Shown here: positions 50,663-61,174 of the stretch, piece after piece | Layout of the letters: each line of letters begins with the position of its first letter | Position numbering within the stretch: position 1 is the stretch's first letter | Program-made: the position numbers and the translations under genes | Source: Christensenellaceae bacterium | GTDB lineage: Bacteria; Bacillota; Clostridia; Christensenellales; CAG-138 | Reading direction: 5' to 3' | DNA: 64,000 nucleotides | NCBI GenBank assembly: GCA_963667195.1 | Contig: OY762962.1 | Coordinates: 2,515,671 to 2,579,670, forward strand | Notes under the pieces: model-generated | What the model saw: only the letters and a program-made list of their open reading frames with translations | Told to the model about the DNA's origin: nothing | The model's database searches: none

Positions 50663-52096
50663 ATGGCGCTGAGACAGTATCGCATTCCGGTATTTTACGG
50701 AATTGCGCAGAACGTGACCGAGAACCGCCAGAACGACGGGGAAAGCCCCGACGCCTGCAACATGGATACGCTTGGCGGCAGGCTCAGCGTGGCGAAAGGA
50801 TATGTGCGCGAGAGCGCTTACGCGTATCCCGCGCCGGAAGCGGTGCAGCGCCTCTATGTTTGGCGCCGCCCGCAGGGACGCAGGCTGATCGTTGCAACCA
50901 AGCGAGTGGTCTATGTGCTGGACGAGACGGCGGGCGAATGGAAGAGCATCTACGACTTCGGCGCGGACACGACAGGCGCGCAGTACGACTTTCTGCCCGT
51001 GAAGATCGCGAGCACGGAGTACCTGCTGATTGCGAGCGCATCCGCACGGATGGCGAAATGGGACGGCGAAAGCGCGGCAGCCGCGGCATTCGGCAGCGCG
51101 GAGGGACTCTCCGACATCGCGGTGAACTTCACGGAGCTCTACTACGCGCACCTCTTTGCGGCGGGGGATGCGAATAACCCCAGCAGGCTCTACTACAGCC
51201 AGGCACCGGGAGACACGCGCACGATTGAGAATTGGACGGCAGCGAGCGAGAGCGAGAACGTCAGCGGCGGATTTGTGGACGTTGGAACCGACTCCGACCC
51301 GATCACAGGACTCTTTGCGCTGAGTAACCAGCTCCTGATCTTCAAGCGCGATTCGCTCTACCGATTGCTGGGTGACCGTCCGGGGAATTTTCGCATTCAA
51401 CCTGTCAACGGCACGATGCAGCAGCCGGTTCAGACCGCCTGCGTGCGCGCGGGGGACGTGCTCTACTTTCTCACGGCGGGCGGCATGTATTACTTCGACG
51501 GGCAGACGGTGCAGCGAAAAGCGGACGCGGACAAGGTTCGTGTGCTACTGGAAGGCGCAAACCTCTCTGCCTGCGTTGCCGCCGCGAGAACCGACCGGCT
51601 CTATTTCGCCTTTCGGGAAGCGGAGGATGTGGGCGCAAACGACGCGGTGCTGATCTACGACCTCGCGCGCGGCACCTACATGCTGCGGCGCGGATTCACC
51701 GCATACGGACTCTTTGCGGCTGGAGGTACGATGTATCTGCTGGATCAAAACGGCTACGTCTGCCGCTTTGAGGAGGGTGAAACCTACGACGGCGCGCGTA
51801 TTGACGCCTACTGGAAAACGCCGATGACCGACCTCGACAGCAAGGCCGTGGGCAAGCGATTGGAGGAGTTGTATCTGCGCGGAAGCGGCGGCATTCTCTC
51901 GGTGGAAGCTGTGACGGAAAGCGGCACGGTCTATAACGAGCGGCTCATGCCGGGCGGGAGCGAGCGCATTCTGGAGCTTGGGTTGACCGGCGAAGGCAGA
52001 GCATTTCAGCTCGTGTTCCGAAACGTCAACGGCTCGCACTTCACAATTGACGGCGGCGTGGAGCTCATCATGGACATGCAGCGGCGCGTGCTGTAA
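50663..52096 (+). CDS. tail nozzle / stabilisation protein
   Basis: homolog of 24999-26909 (SDIAVNF, QLLIFK..S.YRLLGDRP.NFR, IDAYW.TP.TDL). Confidence 0.75.
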   Translation: MALRQYRIPVFYGIAQNVTENRQNDGESPDACNMDTLGGRLSVAKGYVRESAYAYPAPEAVQRLYVWRRPQGRRLIVATKRVVYVLDETAGEWKSIYDFGADTTGAQYDFLPVKIASTEYLLIASASARMAKWDGESAAAAAFGSAEGLSDIAVNFTELYYAHLFAAGDANNPSRLYYSQAPGDTRTIENWTAASESENVSGGFVDVGTDSDPITGLFALSNQLLIFKRDSLYRLLGDRPGNFRIQPVNGTMQQPVQTACVRAGDVLYFLTAGGMYYFDGQTVQRKADADKVRVLLEGANLSACVAAARTDRLYFAFREAEDVGANDAVLIYDLARGTYMLRRGFTAYGLFAAGGTMYLLDQNGYVCRFEEGETYDGARIDAYWKTPMTDLDSKAVGKRLEELYLRGSGGILSVEAVTESGTVYNERLMPGGSERILELGLTGEGRAFQLVFRNVNGSHFTIDGGVELIMDMQRRVL

Positions 52097-52115
52097 AGAA
52101 GGAGAGTGAAAGACG

Positions 52116-52304
52116 ATGGCATATGAAAAGACGGGCATGCAGGCGCTCTTTCCGGTGTATTTTTCGCGCAAAGCGAGTGAGGCGGCATCGAAAGAGGACT
52201 TCGACATCGCCGTTGCGCAAAACGAGGGCAATCTCAACCAGAACCTGGAGACGTTGTATCAAAAGCTGCTGGAGCTGGAGGATTATCTGGCTGCGATGCA
52301 GTAA
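52116..52304 (+). CDS. small coiled-coil virion protein
   Basis: MAY...FPV...ED.D....QN..N.NQN shared with 26911-27099. Confidence 0.75.
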   Translation: MAYEKTGMQALFPVYFSRKASEAASKEDFDIAVAQNEGNLNQNLETLYQKLLELEDYLAAMQ

Positions 52305-52325
52305 ACAAACAGAAAGGAGAAATCT

Positions 52326-53108
52326 ATGGGATCCTATTACGGAGCCGGAACGAAACCCCCGATGCTGATCGGGCAGCAGGATCTCGGGGTCAAGATCAAA
52401 CCGTATCTGACCTACGACGACCCGGGCGGCGGCAACGACGCCGCGGGCAGCGCAAGCGACGAAGACGTGCTCAGCGACTACATCAACCAGATATACACGC
52501 GATTTGCCCCGCAAGAGGTAGCGTATGACACGAGAGACGAGGCGGAGATTCGTTCTTCCGTCGCCGCGTGGCTGCGGCCCAGCTACGATCAGGCGATTGC
52601 CAATCGGCAGGAGCAAACGCGGGCGAACAAAGCGAATCTGGACGCGGACGCGATTGCGCGCGGCATGGGCGCAAGTACCTATGTGACGGACGTGAAGAAC
52701 CGCCAGCAGAACGCAGAGGCGAGCGACATCGCATCGATTGAATCGGACTATGGCGCAAACCTCGCAAAATACGTGCTGGATGGCGTGGACAGCGAGCAGA
52801 ATCGCGCCTTGGAGGCGGAGAAGTTCAACGCAGAGCAGCGACAGAGCGCATATGATCAGGCGTATTCTGCGGCACTCGCGCTCTATGCGCAGTACAAGAA
52901 GAGTGGAGGCGGCGGAAAGCCCAGCGGGGTCAACAAGACGACGCTCGAAAACTGCGAGGCGTTTCTCTCCATGCTCTCCGGCGAGGAGCGAAAGGCGATC
53001 TACTCCGCAAGCACCACAGAGGGCAAGCAATATCGCGCGGAGCTGCTGGCCTCGGTCGGCGCGGCGGGATATGTGCAGCTGATGGGAAAATACCCCAGTA
53101 AACCCTGA
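52326..53108 (+). CDS. putative internal virion protein
   Basis: DADA.ARG.GAST...DVKNR shared with 27100-27789; unique termini. Confidence 0.65.
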   Translation: MGSYYGAGTKPPMLIGQQDLGVKIKPYLTYDDPGGGNDAAGSASDEDVLSDYINQIYTRFAPQEVAYDTRDEAEIRSSVAAWLRPSYDQAIANRQEQTRANKANLDADAIARGMGASTYVTDVKNRQQNAEASDIASIESDYGANLAKYVLDGVDSEQNRALEAEKFNAEQRQSAYDQAYSAALALYAQYKKSGGGGKPSGVNKTTLENCEAFLSMLSGEERKAIYSASTTEGKQYRAELLASVGAAGYVQLMGKYPSKP

Positions 53109-53117
53109 CGCATCAGG

Positions 53118-53169
53118 ATAAAAAGGGGCGATGATTCCGGTAAATTGACCGAATCACCGCCTTTTTTAT
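53118..53169 (+). terminator. terminator closing the head/neck operon
   Basis: ATAAAAAGGGGCGATGATTC...GAATCACCGCCTTTTTTAT. Confidence 0.75.
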
Positions 53170-53309
53170 TTGCCGGATGAAGGGCTGCGCCTCGCGCATA
53201 AAACATGACCGGAAGATCAAGCGGGGTTGATACAGAAGGGTAAATGCTTTATACTGACGATGGGCTTATTTGATCTGACACATCGGAAAAAATGAATATG
53301 GGGGTTTGT

Positions 53310-54194
53310 ATGGAGTCTCAACTGCATTTGATCTGGAACCCTGTCGCGGGAAACGGTGCGGCACAAGCCGCGCATCAATTGGTGACCGACGCTCTGGCGG
53401 AGCGAGGGATTCCGTTTTCCGCGGAAAAGACCGAGTATGCGGGACACGCGACGGAACTGGCCAAGCAGGCGGTGGAGCGCGGTGCCAAGAAAATCGTCGT
53501 ACTCGGCGGAGACGGAACCATACGCGAGGTGGCATGCGCCTTGATGAACACTGAAGTGCCGCTTGGCATCATCTCCTGCGGCACGGGGAACGACATCATC
53601 CGCCCGCTGAAGATCCCCAAAGACCCGCTGACCGCGCTGGACGTCGTGCTCACCACCGAGGCGCGCCAGATGGACGCCGCACTGGCAAACGACCTATTGT
53701 ACTTCAACGTCGCGGGTTTCGGCTTTGACGTAGATGTGCTGCGCTATGTGGAAATCTACAAAAAGCGCATGAAGAACGGCTCTCTTGCGTATATGCGCGG
53801 GCTATTGACGGCGCTACTGCACCTCAACTCCCGCAAGACGAAGATCACCTGGCCCGGCGGATCGATGGAAGCGGATGTGCTGATCATCGCGGCCGGCAAC
53901 GGCACACACTTTGGCGGCGGCATGATGGTGACCCCGAAGGCCGATCCGTTCGACGGGCTACTGGATATGTGCATCATTACGAACATCTCAAAACTCCGCG
54001 CGTACACGATTTTGCCGAAGTTCCTCAAGGGCGAACACCTGACCACGAAGTACGTGACCTATTTTAAAACCACGGAGCTCACGGCGGTTTGCGAACCCGC
54101 GTCGCTTCTGGATGTGGACGGGGATATTCTGCCGGGAACGCCAGTTACGTTTAAAATATTGCCCAAGTCACTGTGGGTAATTGCTCCGCAATAA
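53310..54194 (+). CDS. diacylglycerol/lipid kinase (YegS/BmrU family)
   Basis: NPVAGNG, GGDGTI.EV, GTGND, FGGG, DGD. Confidence 0.93.
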   Translation: MESQLHLIWNPVAGNGAAQAAHQLVTDALAERGIPFSAEKTEYAGHATELAKQAVERGAKKIVVLGGDGTIREVACALMNTEVPLGIISCGTGNDIIRPLKIPKDPLTALDVVLTTEARQMDAALANDLLYFNVAGFGFDVDVLRYVEIYKKRMKNGSLAYMRGLLTALLHLNSRKTKITWPGGSMEADVLIIAAGNGTHFGGGMMVTPKADPFDGLLDMCIITNISKLRAYTILPKFLKGEHLTTKYVTYFKTTELTAVCEPASLLDVDGDILPGTPVTFKILPKSLWVIAPQ

Positions 54195-54288
54195 GCCGCG
54201 CGAACAGCCCGGCGGGACACAGAAAGTTTGCTTTACAGCATCCGCGGGGGCTGATAGACTAAAGCGAAGCATAGGGGAAACAGAATTC

Positions 54289-55443
54289 ATGGCAACACAA
54301 CAGGACGGTATGCGACCGTACATGCCGGTGAACGGCACCAGCGGTCAGAGCCGCAAGAAGAAAAAGAAAAAAAAGAACAGAACCTTGTTATTTTCGCTGA
54401 TTACACTTGGTGTACTCGGCATTGCGCTCGTCATCTTTCAGGCGGTCTTCAACAAACAGGCGGAGACGGTGTCGATGGACATCACGCCGATTTCCACAAC
54501 GTCCACGTATATCAACACGGGCGATGGAATCCTGTATCAGACCGATGGACAGATTCACTTTTATCACCTTACGGACAGCAAGAAGAACTATACCTACGGT
54601 ATGGGCGCTTCGAATATTCGCATGTCCGGCAGCGAGTCTATGACCGTCGTGTTCAATGAAGCGCAGCTGCAGGTGGTTGGCGAAAAAACGCCGATTACGT
54701 TCACCGGAAGCGTGGAAGAGGTCGAGTGCGGAACGGACTATCTCGCCGTGCTGCAAAAGACGGAGGATGGCGCGGAGAGCTTGCTTGTCATCACGCGCGC
54801 CGGCGAACAGATAGACGACCTTCCGTTTGCCGACCAGTGCATCGTTGATTTCGGGTTCTATAAGACGCAAAACGAGATGCTCTGGATTGAGACGCTCAAC
54901 GTCAGCGCGGGCACGCCCATGACGACGATCTCCACCTACGACCTGAGCAAAAAGGAAGTAACGGGATTGATCCATGTGCAAAACCAGCTGGTCAACGACA
55001 TCTTCATTACACCCAACAGCATGTTTGTCGTTTGCACCAACCAGATCATCCGCTACATCCACGAAGGCAACAAAGAGATCTACCGCACGATGATCTACGG
55101 CTACGAGGCGCTGGACTTTTCGTATGCGTCCGGTACGCCGACGTTTCTTTTGACGACGCGCGGCGGGGACTTCCACACGGTGCGCATTCTAACTCTTGCG
55201 GAAGATGCGGCGCCGGCTCCCGTGGAAACCACGCTGCAGCTGCCCACCGAGGGCGTCAGCGCGTATATCATGGGTAACAAAATTGCGGTTGCGTCCCGCG
55301 AGCAGCTGTTTACCTATTCGCTCAAGGGCAAACTCGCGACCACCGCGACGTTTGAGCAGCCGATTGACCTCGCGGCCAAACTAAACGACTCCAAGCTGCT
55401 GCTTTCCAGCAACGGCATGTATTATCTTGCGAATGCGGGTTAA
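54289..55443 (+). CDS. membrane-anchored beta-rich protein (DUF5711-like)
   Basis: poly-Lys, one TM helix, repeated beta segments; upstream of CvpA. Confidence 0.65.
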   Translation: MATQQDGMRPYMPVNGTSGQSRKKKKKKKNRTLLFSLITLGVLGIALVIFQAVFNKQAETVSMDITPISTTSTYINTGDGILYQTDGQIHFYHLTDSKKNYTYGMGASNIRMSGSESMTVVFNEAQLQVVGEKTPITFTGSVEEVECGTDYLAVLQKTEDGAESLLVITRAGEQIDDLPFADQCIVDFGFYKTQNEMLWIETLNVSAGTPMTTISTYDLSKKEVTGLIHVQNQLVNDIFITPNSMFVVCTNQIIRYIHEGNKEIYRTMIYGYEALDFSYASGTPTFLLTTRGGDFHTVRILTLAEDAAPAPVETTLQLPTEGVSAYIMGNKIAVASREQLFTYSLKGKLATTATFEQPIDLAAKLNDSKLLLSSNGMYYLANAG

Positions 55444-55482
55444 CGCACACGCGCACTTTGCGCGGACGAGGAAGGCAAACGC

Positions 55483-56190
55483 ATGAACTTTATCGACATA
55501 GCGATACTGCTGATTCTAGCGATCACGATCCTCGGGGGACTCTACCGCGGATTTTTCAGTACGGCACTGAACGTTCTGGCGACGGCGGCCTCCGTTCTGT
55601 TTGGCAGAATTCTGATTCCGATCGTCTCCGGCATCGTCAAGGGCAGCGCGGATCTCTTCCAGATGCTGCTGTACTATACGGAAGGTTCGGAGTATGTTGC
55701 CATCACGGATGTGGAGCTCACGAGGGCACCGATCTCCAGCATCTCCTCGGACCAGCTGCACACCGTGCTGCAAAACGCGGATATGCCTCTTCCGATGGAT
55801 CGGTGCGTAATCAAGAACATCGCGTCCGAGGCGTTCAGCAAGAGCGGCGTGACCACGCTTGGCGACTATTTCAATCAAACCATCGTCTGCGTCGTCATCA
55901 ACATTCTCGCGCTGCTGCTGCTCTTTACGATTCTTCGGCTGCTGTTTGGCTTTGTCATCCGCGGCATTGAATACGGGCGCGGCGGTTTTCCGGTGCTTTC
56001 CCGCGGAGACGGGATCATCGGCGCGGGCGTAGGCCTCATTCACGGCGTGCTGCTGCTATTCGTCATCTTTATGATCGTGCCAGTGCTCTTGACGGTCCTG
56101 CCGAAACTTTACGATTTCTTAAGTGAGTCGTTCTTTGGCGAGTTTTTCTACAAAGCGAATTTTCTGCTTTCCATCATTCCTGCGACTTAA
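55483..56190 (+). CDS. CvpA family protein
   Basis: MNFIDIAILLIL....GLYRGF...D.IIGA..GLI.G. Confidence 0.85.
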   Translation: MNFIDIAILLILAITILGGLYRGFFSTALNVLATAASVLFGRILIPIVSGIVKGSADLFQMLLYYTEGSEYVAITDVELTRAPISSISSDQLHTVLQNADMPLPMDRCVIKNIASEAFSKSGVTTLGDYFNQTIVCVVINILALLLLFTILRLLFGFVIRGIEYGRGGFPVLSRGDGIIGAGVGLIHGVLLLFVIFMIVPVLLTVLPKLYDFLSESFFGEFFYKANFLLSIIPAT

Positions 56191-56289
56191 TACGATCGCA
56201 GGAGATCCATCCAAGAACAAGAAGCGCCTATTTGCCGGTGTGCTGAATAGGCGGGATAGCATAAGCGACGCGAAAGGCGGTTATTCGAG

Positions 56290-57417
56290 ATGGTTCGATT
56301 TTTGCGGAAATGGCTGGTACCCCTGCTGGCGGTATTGATGCTGATCGGAATCGCGATCGCGTTCGTTCCGTTTTCCCGGCAGATGGAGACCCGTGCAAAA
56401 TCGGAACTCACGCTCCTGATGGATCGCGCGTTTGCGAGGATCACGGCCGCGTCCGAGCAGGCCGACCCGATGATCGACGCGGAAAAAGAGAGCCTGCTGA
56501 GCAAGGGCGCCGCGGTATCGCGCATTCTCACGCATGACGACGCGCTGCTGGCCAGCGACGCGCTCAAGGCACTTTGTGAGCAGCTCTCGGTTGATCGCAT
56601 CGACATTGCAAACGCGGAAGGAACGCTGATCGCCTCCTCTGACGCCGCAAGCATCGGAACCGCGCTCGGCACACAAGCGAACTTTACGTGGACGATGGCG
56701 GCGGCGGACGACGCGACAGCCGCGCTGACACAGGTGGATGCGACCGATCCCAGTATCTTGTATGCTTGCGTCGGACGCAGCGACATCGAAGGCTTTATCC
56801 TGTTGACGCGGAACGACGCAAACGTGGAGACCGCAATGACGAGCACAAGCCCGGAGAAGATCACGAGCGATCTGCCGTATGGCGGGGATATCCTCTTTAC
56901 CGCGGAAAAAGGCGCGGACGGGTTCTTCTACGAGTCTAACAACCTCTGCCTGAGACGGACGCAGGGCGACGTGACGCTGATTGCGGCAAGACCCACGACA
57001 GAGGTGTTCGCGGTGCGAAACGCCGCGATTCTCGCCTTCTGCGCGGCGCTGGCGTGCATCATGATCTGCGGGGTTGCGGCGTACTTGCTCAATCTCGAAT
57101 TGATCACGACCGACGAGACCGAAGAGCGCGAGGATACGGAGCAGCCGGAAGAAGAGTTGCTTATGCAGCAAGGCGAGGAAGCGGAAGCGCTGCCGGAAGC
57201 GGAGGCAAAACCCCGCAAATGGCGCAACAAGAAACGCGAACGCATGATAGCAGAAGCGCAGGAAACGCCGGAAGCGGAAGAGGTAGAGGAGCAGCACGAG
57301 CAAGCGCTCGAGCATGTGCCAAGGCAGGTCGTCCGCAACAGGAAACGGCCGCACACACCGGAAGACGAAACGGAACAGAAGAACGAGGAAGACGCCTTCG
57401 AAAAGATCGTTGACTAA
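56290..57417 (+). CDS. two-TM protein with extracellular Cache-like domain and acidic tail
   Basis: TM - IDIANAEGTLIASSD - TM - Glu-rich tail. Confidence 0.65.
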   Translation: MVRFLRKWLVPLLAVLMLIGIAIAFVPFSRQMETRAKSELTLLMDRAFARITAASEQADPMIDAEKESLLSKGAAVSRILTHDDALLASDALKALCEQLSVDRIDIANAEGTLIASSDAASIGTALGTQANFTWTMAAADDATAALTQVDATDPSILYACVGRSDIEGFILLTRNDANVETAMTSTSPEKITSDLPYGGDILFTAEKGADGFFYESNNLCLRRTQGDVTLIAARPTTEVFAVRNAAILAFCAALACIMICGVAAYLLNLELITTDETEEREDTEQPEEELLMQQGEEAEALPEAEAKPRKWRNKKRERMIAEAQETPEAEEVEEQHEQALEHVPRQVVRNRKRPHTPEDETEQKNEEDAFEKIVD

Positions 57418-57442
57418 ACAAATTTGATCAAGCAAACGATAT

Positions 57443-57485
57443 AAAACAAGCCGCTCAATTCAACTTGAGCGGCTTTTGTTTTTTG
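57443..57485. terminator. bidirectional terminator
   Basis: AAGCCGCTCAA-TTCAAC-TTGAGCGGCTT with flanking A and T tracts. Confidence 0.8.
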
Positions 57486-57494
57486 ATACTTGAA

Positions 57495-58325
57495 TTACTC
57501 CACAAATACAATCGAAACGGCGATCTCCGGCGCGATGGACTGCACGATCGGCTCGAAGAGCTTGTGCACCTGCGAGAGCGCCTGCATATCCGCCTTGGCG
57601 AGCATGTCCGCTGTACCGAGCTGCTCCTTCATCGTGTTTTGAATGTCCTGCTCCAGCAGGTTGAGCTGCTCGTTCGTGAGCTTAATGTCCCCAAAGGCGA
57701 AGAGCGCTTTCTTGGTCTCCTCAAACTCCGTCTTTTCCACATCGACCGTAACGTAGGAAAGCACGGAATGCGGAATCGTGACGGTCAGGAGATTCAGCTC
57801 TGTATCGAGCGCGACATCCGCCTCGGAGAGCTTGGATAGATCGACCGTATACACGCCGGTGCCGTAGGAGGTGATCACCTGAGACTTTTCGAACAGCGCG
57901 AGGTTTGCCAGCGCCTGAGAAACGCGCGTGGTGACGGAGACGTCCTGCTCCAGCACGACGAAGTCGCTCTTGGTGCGCGATTCACCGAGGATTGCGTTGG
58001 AAAAATCGATCTTGTTGTAGCCCATCTTCTCATCGGGCAGAAGCCCCGAAAGCGAATCCGGCACGTCGATATTGATGTCCGGCGTGAGCATATCTTTGAT
58101 CTTTGGCAGGATGAAGAGAACGGCAAGCAGGATCGCAACCAGCACGATGCCGCGAAAAATCCACTTGAGGTGATGGAGGCGAAAGCGCGGCACGCGCTCG
58201 TCCCGCTCCATATCGTCAAACTGCGCTCTGCGGCTCTTGCGCGCGGCCTCGCTACGCACAGCGGCGGAGCGCGCTTCGTCCCGCAGCTGATCCGCGTTAG
58301 GTCGGCTGGGTTCGGACATATACAA
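57495..58325 (-). CDS. DUF4230-like membrane-anchored protein
   Basis: one TM; G.G.Y.VDLSKL...LTVTIP. Confidence 0.75.
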   Translation of the reverse strand: MYMSEPSRPNADQLRDEARSAAVRSEAARKSRRAQFDDMERDERVPRFRLHHLKWIFRGIVLVAILLAVLFILPKIKDMLTPDINIDVPDSLSGLLPDEKMGYNKIDFSNAILGESRTKSDFVVLEQDVSVTTRVSQALANLALFEKSQVITSYGTGVYTVDLSKLSEADVALDTELNLLTVTIPHSVLSYVTVDVEKTEFEETKKALFAFGDIKLTNEQLNLLEQDIQNTMKEQLGTADMLAKADMQALSQVHKLFEPIVQSIAPEIAVSIVFVE

Positions 58326-58536
58326 TCCCCCTCTCGATGAACCGATCGGTTTCCTATAATTGTAGTATAAAAACGATGTTGGTATGTGTCAACGCTAAGC
58401 CCAAAACGAAACAGAAACGTTGCCCGTGCGTCACGATCAGGAAAAGATAGCAAAGAGACGAAGGATTATATATAATATGATATACAGACATATACAAAAA
58501 ACGCGCATAAATCGCGAAAAATCAAGGTTTTTTGCC

Positions 58537-58588
58537 TTGACGCACCGGAACGCCGCTGATATAATATCGATTAAATTATTGTATACAA
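58537..58588 (+). promoter_or_regulatory. promoter plus GntR/FadR-type palindrome
   Basis: TTGACG-17-TATAAT (58537-58565); TTGTATACAA (58579-58588). Confidence 0.7.
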
Positions 58589-58618
58589 GCATGCAGGCAT
58601 GCTAAGAGGAGGGGAAAA

Positions 58619-59983
58619 ATGAGCAAGATCGTATTTGATGACCACACGAACTTACTGCGCGAGAACTATTATGAGTATGACGTGCAGGATGTCCCGGAAG
58701 CGAATCTGTTCCCGGAAATCTTCAATTTTGACGAGATTCCGAAGATCGCGTTCAACCAGCGCCTCGTGCCCATGCGCATGCCGAAAGAGATTTGGATCAC
58801 CGATACGACCTTCCGCGATGGTCAGCAGTCCCGCGCGCCGTTTACGCCGGAACAGATACTGCGTCTGTTTGACATGATGCACGAGCTGGGCGGCCCGAAC
58901 GGGCTGATCCGCCAGAGCGAGTTCTTCGTCTACAGCCAGCAGGATCGCGAAGCGCTGGAGCTCTGCCGTGACCGCGGCTACCGTTTCCCGGAGATCACGA
59001 CGTGGATTCGCGCGACGGAAGGTGACTTTAACCTCGTCAAAGAGCTGGGCGTTCGCGAGACGGGCATTCTCGTCTCCTGCTCGGACTATCACATCTTCCA
59101 CAAGATGAACCTGACCCGCAAGCAGGCGATGGACAAGTACCTCGGCGTGGTCAAGATGGCGCTGGATCGCGGAATCGTGCCGCGCTGCCACTTTGAAGAC
59201 ATCACGCGCGCGGACTTCTACGGCTTTGTCGTGCCGTTTGCGCATGCGCTGGCCGGGCTTTCCGAAGAAGCGGGGATTCCGATCAAGATTCGCTGCTGCG
59301 ATACGCTGGGCCTCGGCGTGGCGTACCCCGGCGCGAGCATGCCCCGCAGCGTGCCGGGCATCATCTACGGTCTCCGTCACTACGGCAACGTGCCGAGCTC
59401 TCTGCTTGAGTGGCACGGCCACAACGACTTCTACAAGGCGGTCTCCAACGCCGCCGCAGCGTGGCTCTACGGCGCATCCGCCGCGAACTGCTCGCTGCTC
59501 GGCATTGGCGAGCGCACCGGCAACTGCCCGCTGGAAGGCATGGTCATGGAGTATTGCTCGCTGCGCGGTTCGACGGACGGCATGAACCTCGAGGTCATCA
59601 CGGAGATTGCGGACTACTTTGAGAAGGAAATCGGCTACGAAATCCCGCCGATGACGCCGTTTGTGGGCAAAAACTTCAACAGCACCCGCGCGGGCATCCA
59701 CGCGGACGGCCTGCTTAAGGACGAGCGCATCTACAGCATCTTCAACACGGGCAAGATCCTCAACCGTCCTGCCGAGGTTATGGTGGACGCGCACAGCGGC
59801 ACCGCGGGCATCGCGTACTGGATGAACACGCACATGGGCATCGACATCGACAAGCGCAGCCCGGTCGTCTCCGCCATCAAGGATCACATCGACACGCTCT
59901 ACGAAGCCTGCCGCACGACCGTGATGAGCAACGAGGAGCTGGAAGCCATCGCGATGGATGAACTCTCCAAGGCCGCGAAATAA
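58619..59983 (+). CDS. DRE-TIM metallolyase, probably Re-citrate synthase (IPMS/homocitrate synthase-like)
   Basis: WITDTTFRDGQQ, IRQSEFF, HGHNDF, GIGERTGN, AGIHADG; no LeuA regulatory domain. Confidence 0.82.
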   Translation: MSKIVFDDHTNLLRENYYEYDVQDVPEANLFPEIFNFDEIPKIAFNQRLVPMRMPKEIWITDTTFRDGQQSRAPFTPEQILRLFDMMHELGGPNGLIRQSEFFVYSQQDREALELCRDRGYRFPEITTWIRATEGDFNLVKELGVRETGILVSCSDYHIFHKMNLTRKQAMDKYLGVVKMALDRGIVPRCHFEDITRADFYGFVVPFAHALAGLSEEAGIPIKIRCCDTLGLGVAYPGASMPRSVPGIIYGLRHYGNVPSSLLEWHGHNDFYKAVSNAAAAWLYGASAANCSLLGIGERTGNCPLEGMVMEYCSLRGSTDGMNLEVITEIADYFEKEIGYEIPPMTPFVGKNFNSTRAGIHADGLLKDERIYSIFNTGKILNRPAEVMVDAHSGTAGIAYWMNTHMGIDIDKRSPVVSAIKDHIDTLYEACRTTVMSNEELEAIAMDELSKAAK

Positions 59984-60003
59984 GCTAAAAAACAATCAGC
60001 AAT

Positions 60004-60037
60004 ACAAAAGAGCGGATCGCATGCGATCCGCTCTTTG
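60004..60037. terminator. bidirectional terminator
   Basis: AAAGAGCGGATCGC-AT-GCGATCCGCTCTTT. Confidence 0.8.
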
Positions 60038-60051
60038 TGTTACTTGTTTTG

Positions 60052-61101
60052 TTATGCGGCCTTGACCTTTGTCCAGGCGTCCGAGAAAACCTTCACGAAG
60101 TCGCCGAGGTCCTGGAAGATCTGGCAGCGATCCAGCACGTCCTGCGGGGGATTATAGGTCGGGTCCGCGGCGTAGGACGGGTCCATCAGCTTGAGCGCCT
60201 CGGCATTCGGGGTCGAGAACCCGATGTAGTCCGAGTTCTGCGCGGCAACCTTCGCGTCGCAGAGGAAGTTGATGAACTGCTCCGCTTCCGCCGTATGTTT
60301 GGAGGTCTTGGGGATGATGATGTTGTCAAACCAGACGTTGCTGCCTTCCTTCGGGACGGCGTAGGCAAGGTCGGGATTTTCGGAGATGCAGTAGACCGCG
60401 TCGCCGGAGTAGACAACACCCATCGCCGCGCTGCCGTTGATGAGCTCCATCTTGATATCGTCGGTCAGATACGCGCGAACGAGCGGCTTCTGCGCAATCA
60501 GCGCTTCCTGCGCGGCTAAGATGTCTGCTTCGTTACGGGTGTTGATGTCGAGACCGAGCTTCTTAAGGGTGATGCCGATGGTATCGCGCATGCTGTCGTA
60601 CATCAGAATCTGGCCTGCGTATTTCTCGTCCCAGAGGATGTTCCAGCTATCGACGGGATCGGTGACCATCGTCTTGTTATAGAGGATGCCGACGGTGCCC
60701 CACATATACGGTACGCTGTACTTGTTGCCGGGATCAAACGAGAGATCGAGGAAGCGCGGGTCGATGTTGCTCAGGTTCGGGATGTTTGCCTTGTTGATCG
60801 GGTATAAGAGATCGTCAGCCGCGAGCTTCTCAATGAGATAGTCCGAAGGGAAGCAGACGTCGTAGATATTGTCCGCCGAGGCGAGCTTCACGAGCATCTC
60901 TTCGTTGCTGGTCATGGTCGTATACTTGATCGAGATGCCGGTTTCGTCTTCAAACTGGCGCAGCAGATCGGGGTCGATGTAGTCGCCCCAGTTGAGTACG
61001 TTCAGCGTGACTTTGCTTTTGCCGCCTCCGCCGCAGGCGAAGAACGAGAGCGAAAGCGCCAGGGCAAGCGCCAGGCAGATGATCTTTTTCCAGATTTTCA
61101 T
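60052..61101 (-). CDS. potD: spermidine/putrescine ABC transporter binding lipoprotein
   Basis: LNWGDYIDP, PSDY, PYMWGTVGILYN, PKEGSN.WFD. Confidence 0.93.
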   Translation of the reverse strand: MKIWKKIICLALALALSLSFFACGGGGKSKVTLNVLNWGDYIDPDLLRQFEDETGISIKYTTMTSNEEMLVKLASADNIYDVCFPSDYLIEKLAADDLLYPINKANIPNLSNIDPRFLDLSFDPGNKYSVPYMWGTVGILYNKTMVTDPVDSWNILWDEKYAGQILMYDSMRDTIGITLKKLGLDINTRNEADILAAQEALIAQKPLVRAYLTDDIKMELINGSAAMGVVYSGDAVYCISENPDLAYAVPKEGSNVWFDNIIIPKTSKHTAEAEQFINFLCDAKVAAQNSDYIGFSTPNAEALKLMDPSYAADPTYNPPQDVLDRCQIFQDLGDFVKVFSDAWTKVKAA

Positions 61102-61174
61102 TGTTTGATTTCCTCCTAGTGTTATGGTTGCGATTGTTTTTATGTTGGTTGCCGCAGAGCGGCAGGGGAAAACA